NCBI GenBank assembly: GCA_027340875.1
Contig: DAIENX010000095.1
Coordinates: forward strand, 1-22,909
Direction of reading: 5' to 3'
DNA from: Elusimicrobiota bacterium
GTDB taxonomy: Bacteria; Elusimicrobiota; Elusimicrobia; Elusimicrobiales; UBA9959
Length of the DNA stretch: 22,909 nt
Shown: positions 16,356 through 22,909 of the stretch, one piece after another
Layout: every line of letters begins with the position of its first letter
Position numbering within the stretch: the stretch's first letter is position 1
The notes under the pieces: generated by a model
Told to the model about the DNA's origin: nothing
The model's input: only the letters and a program-made list of their open reading frames with translations
Databases searched by the model: none
Position numbers and translations under genes: made by a program

Positions 16356-18650
16356 ATGAACATCTCTAAAAAAGAAGCCCTGGATTATCATTCCTCGCCG
16401 GTCCACGGAAAGATAGAGGTCGTTTCCACCAAGCCCTGCTTCACGCAGCGCGACCTCAGCCTGGCCTACACGCCGGGCGTGGCCGATCCGTGCCTGGAGA
16501 TCGAGAAGCATCCCGAGGACGTCTACAAGTACACCTCGAAGGGGAACCTCGTGGCCGTGATCTCCAACGGCACCGCGGTGCTCGGCCTGGGCAATATCGG
16601 CGCGGCCGCCGGCAAGCCGGTCATGGAGGGCAAAGGCATCCTGTTCAAGCGCTTCGCCGACATAGACGTCTTCGACCTGGAGCTGGCCAGCGAGAAGCCC
16701 GAGGAGATAATCAAGGCCTGCCAGCTGCTAGAGCCCACGTTCGGCGGCATCAACCTCGAGGACATCAAGGCCCCCGAGTGCTTCGAGATCGAGGAGACGC
16801 TGAAGAAGACGATGAAGATCCCGGTCTTCCACGACGACCAGCACGGCACGGCCATCATCTCCGGCGCGGGCCTGATCAACGCGCTCGAGGTGGTGGGCAA
16901 GGACATCGCCAAGGTGCGGCTGGTGGTCAACGGGGCCGGCGCGGCCGGCTTCTCCTGCGCCGACCACTACGTGCGCCTCGGCGTGAAGCGCGGGAACATC
17001 ATGATGTGCGACACGAAGGGCGTGCTGTACAAGGGCCGCGCGGCCGGCATGAACAAGTACAAGGAGAAGTTCGCGGTCGACACCCCGCTGCGCACGCTGG
17101 CCGAGGCGATGAAGGGCGCCGACGTCTTCATAGGCCTGTCGGTGGCCGACGTGGTCACGCCGGACATGCTTAAGTCCATGGCCCGGGACCCGATAGTGTT
17201 CGCGATGTCCAACCCGAACCCGGAGATCAAGTACGAGCTCGCGGTGGCCACACGCAGCGACCTGATCATGGCCACCGGCCGCTCGGACTATCCCAACCAG
17301 ATCAATAACGTGCTCGGCTTCCCGTTCATCTTCCGCGGCGCTCTAGACGTGCGCGCGACGCAGATCAACGACGAGATGAAGCTGGCCGCCACGTACGCGC
17401 TGGCCAGGCTCGCCAAGGAGGACGTGCCCGACTCGGTCCGCAAGGCCTACGGCGGCCAGAAGCTGCAGTTCGGGCGCGAGTACATCATCCCCAAGCCTTT
17501 CGACTCCCGCGTGCTGATCTGGGAGGCCTCCGCCGTCGCCGAGGCCGCGATGAAGACCGGCGTAGCGCAGCGGCCCGTGGACCTGGAGGAGTACAAGCTC
17601 CAGCTCGAGAAGCGCCTCGGCAGGGCCCGCGAGATCATGCGGACCGTGATAGCCAAGGCCCAGCGCGAGCCGAAGCGCATAGTCTTCCCCGAGGGCGAGG
17701 AAGAGAAGATCCTCCGCGCCGCGCAGGAGCTGGTGGAGGAGCGGATAGCGAAGCCTATCCTCCTGGGCATAGAGACCAAGATCCGCTCCCTCGCGGCGGA
17801 GCAGGGCCTCTCCCTGGACGGCATCACCATAGTGGACCCGTGGACGTTCCCCAAGAGGCCGGCCTACGTGGCCGAGTATTTCAAGATGCGTGAGCGCAAG
17901 GGCGCCACCCGGCATCGTTCCGAGGAGATAATGACCGGCAACAGGAACGCCCTGGGCGCCATGATGGTGCACATGGGCGACGCGGACGCGCTGGTCTCGG
18001 GACTGACCGACCATTACCCGCAGACCATCCGCCCCGCGCTGCGCGTCATCAGGCTGCAGGACGGCATCAGCAAGGTGGCGGGTCTCTACATGCTCGTGAT
18101 GAAGAAGGAGGTCTATTTCCTCGCGGATACCACCGTCAACATAGACCCCAGCGCCGAGGACCTGGCCGAGATAGCCCTGATGGCGGCCGCGACGGCCCGG
18201 CGCTTCGACATCGAGCCGCGCGTCGCGATGCTCTCCTTCTCCAACTTCGGCAGCACCGCGCATCCGCTGGTGCAGAAGGTCAGCCGCGCGGTGGAGATAG
18301 TCAAGGCCAAGGCGCCCGGACTGATGATAGACGGCGAGATGCAGGCCGACACGGCGGTGGTGCCGGAGATAATCGAGAGCACCTATCCCTTCAGCACGCT
18401 GAAGGGGGGGGCGAACGTCCTCATCTTCCCGAACCTCGAGGCGGGCAATATCGCCTACAAACTGATGAGCAGGCTGGGCGGCGCCACGGCCATAGGCCCC
18501 ATCCTGATGGGCCTGAGCCAGCCGGTCCACGTGCTGCAGCGGGCGGCCGAGGTGGCCGATATCGTAAATATCTCCGCGATAGCGGTGGTGGACGCGCAGG
18601 AGAAGGCCAAGGCCCAGGCGGAAAAGCCCAGGACGGCGGTAACGGCCTGA
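16356..18650 (+). CDS. maeB: NADP-dependent malic enzyme with C-terminal phosphotransacetylase-like domain
   Basis: [51 protein letters not shown], then the PTA domain ([16 protein letters not shown]). ATG at 16356 is preferred over TTG at 16338. Confidence 0.96.
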   Translation: MNISKKEALDYHSSPVHGKIEVVSTKPCFTQRDLSLAYTPGVADPCLEIEKHPEDVYKYTSKGNLVAVISNGTAVLGLGNIGAAAGKPVMEGKGILFKRFADIDVFDLELASEKPEEIIKACQLLEPTFGGINLEDIKAPECFEIEETLKKTMKIPVFHDDQHGTAIISGAGLINALEVVGKDIAKVRLVVNGAGAAGFSCADHYVRLGVKRGNIMMCDTKGVLYKGRAAGMNKYKEKFAVDTPLRTLAEAMKGADVFIGLSVADVVTPDMLKSMARDPIVFAMSNPNPEIKYELAVATRSDLIMATGRSDYPNQINNVLGFPFIFRGALDVRATQINDEMKLAATYALARLAKEDVPDSVRKAYGGQKLQFGREYIIPKPFDSRVLIWEASAVAEAAMKTGVAQRPVDLEEYKLQLEKRLGRAREIMRTVIAKAQREPKRIVFPEGEEEKILRAAQELVEERIAKPILLGIETKIRSLAAEQGLSLDGITIVDPWTFPKRPAYVAEYFKMRERKGATRHRSEEIMTGNRNALGAMMVHMGDADALVSGLTDHYPQTIRPALRVIRLQDGISKVAGLYMLVMKKEVYFLADTTVNIDPSAEDLAEIALMAAATARRFDIEPRVAMLSFSNFGSTAHPLVQKVSRAVEIVKAKAPGLMIDGEMQADTAVVPEIIESTYPFSTLKGGANVLIFPNLEAGNIAYKLMSRLGGATAIGPILMGLSQPVHVLQRAAEVADIVNISAIAVVDAQEKAKAQAEKPRTAVTA

Positions 18651-18658
18651 CGGAACGG

Positions 18659-18704
18659 GGCGCCCGGCTCCCCGCCGGGCGCCATTGCTTGACATAGGTC
18701 AAGC
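18659..18704 (+). promoter_or_regulatory. GC hairpin after maeB followed by a TTGAC-N4-GTCAA palindrome upstream of mdh
   Basis: ggcgcccggc-tcccc-gccgggcgcc (18659-18683); gcTTGAC-atag-GTCAAgc (18687-18704). Confidence 0.5.
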
Positions 18705-18791
18705 GGGGGAATGTCTTTTGTCATACATCTTGCTTACGCAAGTATGATACGATAATTGAAATTTGTTATTACAACGGAGTTAGGAGGTTCC

Positions 18792-19724
18792 ATGAAGAGA
18801 GGTAAGGTTACAGTCGTCGGCGCCGGCCACGTGGGCGAATCGGTGGTCAGGGCGCTGGCGGAGAAGGACATCGCGGACATAGTGCTGGTGGACATCCCCC
18901 AGACCGAGAACATGCCCGCCGGAAAGTCGCTGGACATCATGGAGACGGCGCCTATATACGGCTATGACGCCAAGATCACCGGCGTCACCAGCTACGAGGC
19001 CACCGCCGGTTCCGACATCGTAGTAATAACCGCCGGCCTGCCCCGCAAGCCCGGCATGAGCCGCGACGACCTGCTGAACACCAACGCGGCCATCGTGAAG
19101 AGCGTGACCGAGCAGGTCGCGAAGTACTCGCCCCAGGCCATACTTATCATCGTCAGCAACCCGCTCGACGCGATGTGCCAGGTGGCCCTGCAGACGTCCA
19201 AGTTCCCGAAGAACAGGGTCATCGGCATGGCCGGCATCCTGGACTCCTCCCGCATGCGCTCGTTCATCGCGGCGGAGCTGAAGGTCTCCACGGAGAACGT
19301 GCACGCGATGGTGCTGGGCGGCCACGGCGACACGATGGTGCCCCTCCCCAGGTTCTCCACGGTGGCCGGCATCCCGATAACCGAGCTGCTCCCCAAGGAG
19401 AAGATAGACGCCATCAACACCCGCACCTGCAACGGCGGCGCGGAGATAGTGAAGCTGCTGAAGACCGGCAGCGCCTATTACGCCCCCGCGGCGGCCGCGG
19501 TGGAGATGGTCGAGGCCATCATGCTGGACAAGAACAAGGTCGTGCCCTGCGCGGCCTATCTCGACGGAGAGTACGGCATCAACGGCATCTTCGTCGGCGT
19601 CCCGGTAAAGCTGGGCGCCACCGGCATCGTCGAGGTGCTGAAGCTCAAGCTCAACGAGGACGAGAAGTCCGCTCTTATGAAGTCCGCCTCCGCTGTCAAG
19701 GAACTCTGCGGGGCCCTGAAGTGA
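18792..19724 (+). CDS. mdh: Malate dehydrogenase (LDH-like type)
   Basis: [62 protein letters not shown] precedes the ATG at 18792. Confidence 0.96.
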   Translation: MKRGKVTVVGAGHVGESVVRALAEKDIADIVLVDIPQTENMPAGKSLDIMETAPIYGYDAKITGVTSYEATAGSDIVVITAGLPRKPGMSRDDLLNTNAAIVKSVTEQVAKYSPQAILIIVSNPLDAMCQVALQTSKFPKNRVIGMAGILDSSRMRSFIAAELKVSTENVHAMVLGGHGDTMVPLPRFSTVAGIPITELLPKEKIDAINTRTCNGGAEIVKLLKTGSAYYAPAAAAVEMVEAIMLDKNKVVPCAAYLDGEYGINGIFVGVPVKLGATGIVEVLKLKLNEDEKSALMKSASAVKELCGALK

Positions 19725-19753
19725 ACTGACCGAATTATCCAAGGAGAAAAACG

Positions 19754-21088
19754 ATGGAAGCCAATATCACACTGAAGAAGACCCTGGCGAAGCTGCTGCC
19801 GGAGTGGAAGGCGGAGCTTTCCGCGCTGGTCAAGGAGCACGGCAAGGTGAAGGTGGACGAGGTCTGCATAGACCAGGTCATGGGCGGTATGCGCGACATA
19901 AAGGCCCTGCCCTGCGACACCTCCTACCTCGACTCGATGGAAGGCATCCGCTTCCGCGGCTACACCATACCGGAGCTGCGTGAGAAGCTGCCCAAGCCGG
20001 CCGCCGACGCGATACCGTCCCCGCTGGGCATTTGGCACCTGCTGCTGACCGGAAAACTGCCGACCGCCGCCGAGGTCAACGAGATCGAGGAAGAACTCAA
20101 GAAGCGCGCCGCGCTGCCCGGCTACGTCGTGAAGGCGCTGGACGTCCTGCCGAAGGACATGCACCCGATGACGCAGTTCTCCATCGGCGTCCTCGCGATG
20201 CAGAAGGAGTCCGTTTTCGCCCACAAGTACAGCAAGGGCATGAAGAAGGACGAGCACTGGGACGCGATGTTCGAGGATTCGCTGACGCTGCTGGCCCGCC
20301 TGCCCGTTGTGGCCGCCTACATCTACCGCCGCACCTACAAGGACGGCAAGGCCATCCCCGCCGATCCGAAGCTCGACTGGGGCGCCAACTTCGCCCACAT
20401 GATGGGCGTAGACAACAAGGACTACCAGAACCTGGCCCGCCTCTACCTGCTGCTCCACTCCGACCACGAGAGCGGCAACGTCAGCGCCCATACCGGCCTG
20501 CTGGTCGGCTCCGCGCTGTCCGACATCTACTACTCCGTGTCCGCGGCGCTCAACGGCCTGGCCGGTCCGCTGCACGGCCTCGCCACGCAGGAGTGCCTGA
20601 ACTGGATCCAGGGCCTGATGAAGGCTCACGGCGGCAAGACCCCTACCAAGGCCGAGGTGGAGAAATACGCCTGGGATACCCTGAACGCCGGCCGCGTGAT
20701 ACCCGGCTACGGCCACGCCGTGCTGCGCAACACCGACCCGCGCTACGTCGCGCAGAGCGACTTCGGCGCTAAGTACCTGCCCAACGACCCGGTCTACAAG
20801 ACGGTGACGACGATGCTCGAGGCCATACCGCCCATACTGCGCCAGCTCGGCAAGGTGAAGAACCCCTGGCCGAACGTGGACGCGATGACCGGCTGCCTGC
20901 AACAACACTACGGCGTGACCGAGACGGACTTCTACACCGTCATCTTCGGCGTGTCCCGCGCGCTGGGCATCACCGCGCAGGCCGTCTGGGCCCGCGGAGT
21001 CTTCTTCCCCATCGAGAGGCCGAAGTCGGTCACCACTCAGATGCTGAAGGACGCGGCCTCCAAGGCCAAGGCTGGCGCCGCCGCCTGA
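19754..21088 (+). CDS. gltA: Citrate (Si)-synthase, eukaryote-like type
   Basis: GGMRDIK, EGIRFRGYTIPE, HSDHESGNVSAHT, NGLAGPLHGLA, PGYGHAVLRNTDPRY, KNPWPNVDA, PIERPKS. Confidence 0.95.
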   Translation: MEANITLKKTLAKLLPEWKAELSALVKEHGKVKVDEVCIDQVMGGMRDIKALPCDTSYLDSMEGIRFRGYTIPELREKLPKPAADAIPSPLGIWHLLLTGKLPTAAEVNEIEEELKKRAALPGYVVKALDVLPKDMHPMTQFSIGVLAMQKESVFAHKYSKGMKKDEHWDAMFEDSLTLLARLPVVAAYIYRRTYKDGKAIPADPKLDWGANFAHMMGVDNKDYQNLARLYLLLHSDHESGNVSAHTGLLVGSALSDIYYSVSAALNGLAGPLHGLATQECLNWIQGLMKAHGGKTPTKAEVEKYAWDTLNAGRVIPGYGHAVLRNTDPRYVAQSDFGAKYLPNDPVYKTVTTMLEAIPPILRQLGKVKNPWPNVDAMTGCLQQHYGVTETDFYTVIFGVSRALGITAQAVWARGVFFPIERPKSVTTQMLKDAASKAKAGAAA

Positions 21089-21121
21089 GCCTTGACGCCC
21101 GGCCGGGCCGGGCGCCGCGAA

Positions 21122-21157
21122 CCGGGGGCTGCCGCGCGAAAGCGCGGCGGCCCCCGG
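21122..21157 (+). terminator. Long GC hairpin with GAAA loop after citrate synthase
   Basis: ccgggggctgccgcgc-gaaa-gcgcggcggcccccgg, a 16-bp stem with one G-U; weak U tail. Confidence 0.6.
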
Positions 21158-21181
21158 CGCTTTCGGCCCTGCCGGGTGGAT

Positions 21182-21211
21182 TTGTCTTAAAAAGCGGCTT
21201 TTTGATATACT
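21182..21211 (+). promoter_or_regulatory. Sigma70-type promoter for the CAT tRNA
   Basis: TTGTCT (21182-21187) - 18 nt - TATACT (21206-21211). The spacer contains the palindrome aaaaagc-g-gcttttt. Confidence 0.55.
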
Positions 21212-21269
21212 TTAGCTTCACCCGAAGACGAAAGTCCCCGGTGATGAAACCTGCCCGACAGAGTATTCT

Positions 21270-21342
21270 GGCACCGTAGCTCAGGGGTTAGAGCGGGCGT
21301 TTCATAAGCGCTAGGTCAGTGGTTCAATTCCACTCGGTGCCA
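21270..21342 (+). tRNA. tRNA with CAT anticodon, non-initiator; probably tRNA-Ile2 (lysidine), alternatively elongator Met; CCA not encoded
   Basis: GGCACCG-TA-GCTC AGGGGTTA GAGC-G-GGCGT TT CAT AA GCGCT-AGGTC-AGTGG TTCAATT CCACT-CGGTGCC-A. G1-C72 is paired and there is no GGG/CCC anticodon stem. Confidence 0.92.
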
Positions 21343-21365
21343 CTAATTTATCGGAGTTCCCCGCG

Positions 21366-21408
21366 GGGAAAGAGAAGCGCCGGCCTATGGCCGGCGCTTC
21401 TCTTTCCC
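21366..21408. terminator. Perfect 20-bp inverted repeat between the tRNA and convergent hrpB
   Basis: gggaaagagaagcgccggcc-tat-ggccggcgcttctctttccc. Confidence 0.7.
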
Positions 21409-21430
21409 GCTTCCTGGCTGCTGATATATT

Positions 21431-22909
21431 TCAAAGCCACTTGTGCCTGGGATAGCGGCGGGCCAGCGCGGGCTTCAGTTTCGGATAGCTCTCCGTCCAG
21501 AAACTCTTCAGGTCCTTCGTGACCTGCACCGGCCGCATCGACGGTGCCAGGATGTGCACCACCAGCGGCACGCGGCCCGCGGCTATGCGTGGCGTTTCCG
21601 TCAGCTGGAACAGGTCCTGTATCTTCGCTTCCAGGTAGGGCTCGCCGTTCTTCGGATAGCGTATCTTGGCCCTGCGGCCGCCTGGCATCTCCAAACGGGC
21701 CGGGGCGTGCCGGTCTATCAGCCGCACCTTCTCCCAGCCGTACCAGTCCTGCAGTGCCGGCAGCACCGGGCGCAAGCGGGCGTCCGACACGCTGCGTGCG
21801 CCCGAGCAGATATCGTGTATTATCAGCCGGCGGTCCTCTTCCGAAAGCGGCTCTATCCCGAGGTCGGGGCAGGAGCGCGCGAGGAACTCCACCCGCGCCA
21901 GCCAGTCCTCCACCTCTTCGTCCCACTTCTGGAACCTCTGCTCCCCGCTGATGAACTCCTCCGCTATGAGCTCCGAGGAGGCCTTCGCGGGTCTGGCGGC
22001 CGAGACCTCCCTGCGTATCGCGACTCCGCGGTAAAGGGTGAGCGTCTCGGTGACCGGGGTGAGCATGACCTCGTCGAGGGCCGCGCGCGAGACGGTCTCT
22101 ATATCCCCGGGGAAGGCCTCCGTCAGCCACTCCTCGTTCATCGCGGCCGCGAAGGAAAGCGTGATGTCGGCGCTGCCCTTCTTCATGCTTTCCAGGGCTT
22201 CGCCGGCGCAGATGATGCGCGCTCCCGCCGCGGCGCTGCCGTCGGCCAGCCGCCCCCGCCGCCCGCCCGGCATCTCGTAGCGGCCTTTCTCGGCCGAGAA
22301 CAGCGCCCCGACCCGGTCCGGGAAGGCCCGCAGGAAGCATTTGGAGGCCAGCTCGAGGCCTTTGTGTCCCGCCGGGGAAGCGCCGCCGGAAATACGGGAG
22401 GCGAGCCGCCAGGCGTCGCGCGCGGCGTTCTGCTTCATGCCGGCCTTCTGGCAGGCGAAATAGTCGAAGTCCGAGTCCGCGCAGCGCTGCAGCGCTTTAA
22501 CCACGGCGGCGAGGTCCGAGCGCAGCCTCTCGCCGCTTTCGAGCTGCTTGGCTTCGTCGAGCCAGATGCCGCGCCCCTGCGCGGCGGCGGCGATCACGGC
22601 GCATTCCCAGGCGCAGCCCAGGCGGGCGCCCTCCACCATCATGCGCGAGTAGCGCGGGTGAAGAGGGTATCTGGCCATGGCCCTGCCGTCCGCGGTAAGG
22701 CGGCCCTGCGCGTCGGCGGCGCCCAGGTCCTTGAGCAGCCTCTCGGCCCTTTCGGCGTCCTTCTCCGGGGGAGGGTCCAGCCACCTGAGCGCCCCGAAGC
22801 CGGAGAAACCGCAGGCTTTCAGCGTCAGCAGCGCCTCGCTGACGTCGAGCCGCAGTATCTCCGGCGAGAGCGACCGGGGCCTGCCCGCGTTGTCGCGCTC
22901 GGTCCAGAG
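21431..22909 (-). CDS. hrpB: ATP-dependent helicase HrpB, C-terminal part (5' end beyond window)
   Basis: Frame is open to the window edge (LWTER...PEILRLD...WLDPPP...LT.DGRAMARYPLHPR); AFPDRV; HrpB_C motif HILAPSMRPVQVTKDLKSFWTESYPKLKPALARRYPRHKW. Confidence 0.94.
   Translation of the reverse strand, partial: LWTERDNAGRPRSLSPEILRLDVSEALLTLKACGFSGFGALRWLDPPPEKDAERAERLLKDLGAADAQGRLTADGRAMARYPLHPRYSRMMVEGARLGCAWECAVIAAAAQGRGIWLDEAKQLESGERLRSDLAAVVKALQRCADSDFDYFACQKAGMKQNAARDAWRLASRISGGASPAGHKGLELASKCFLRAFPDRVGALFSAEKGRYEMPGGRRGRLADGSAAAGARIICAGEALESMKKGSADITLSFAAAMNEEWLTEAFPGDIETVSRAALDEVMLTPVTETLTLYRGVAIRREVSAARPAKASSELIAEEFISGEQRFQKWDEEVEDWLARVEFLARSCPDLGIEPLSEEDRRLIIHDICSGARSVSDARLRPVLPALQDWYGWEKVRLIDRHAPARLEMPGGRRAKIRYPKNGEPYLEAKIQDLFQLTETPRIAAGRVPLVVHILAPSMRPVQVTKDLKSFWTESYPKLKPALARRYPRHKWL

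Noticed and set aside
18756..18791. Upstream TTG start for mdh given by the ORF track
   Set aside because: A strong AGGAGG RBS supports the ATG at 18792.
14373..20908. Long antisense ORFs (14373-16070, 17343-18695, 18780-19742, 19556-20908)
   Set aside because: They overlap well-supported enzymes on the opposite strand and are typical GC-rich shadow frames.
21218..21260. Possible hammerhead ribozyme (gac-gaaa-gtc, gtgatga, gaaac) in the tRNA leader
   Set aside because: The core CUGANGA is absent (GUGAUGA), and there is no stem II between it and GAAA; it is only a small GAAA hairpin.

Overview
GC-rich bacterial chromosomal window with frequent ATA Ile codons (the style suggests Elusimicrobiota, by inference only). 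Left part: PAP2 phosphatase, secreted Amidase_3-like enzyme, tRNA-Pro(TGG), CNNM/CBS (hemolysin-family) transporter, tRNA-Gln(CTG), a 55-aa CxxxxC membrane protein missed by the ORF track plus thioredoxin, a lipoprotein, an OPT-family transporter and a GAF/fRMsr protein. Middle: a two-gene unit encoding a Pycsar-effector-like (PycTM-like) membrane protein and an MscS channel fused to a cNMP-binding domain, followed by a beta-oxidation cluster (acyl-CoA dehydrogenase convergent with PaaK-like ligase, thiolase, FadJ). Right: maeB, mdh, a eukaryote-type citrate synthase, a CAT-anticodon tRNA (probably Ile2) and the 3' part of hrpB. The most notable observations are (1) the cyclase-less PycTM-like + cNMP-MscS pair and (2) an ORF-less structured element of about 300 bp at the tRNA-Gln 3' end. 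That element carries both a direct copy and an interrupted inverted copy of the tRNA end, and a second hairpin-dense element lies beside tRNA-Pro.
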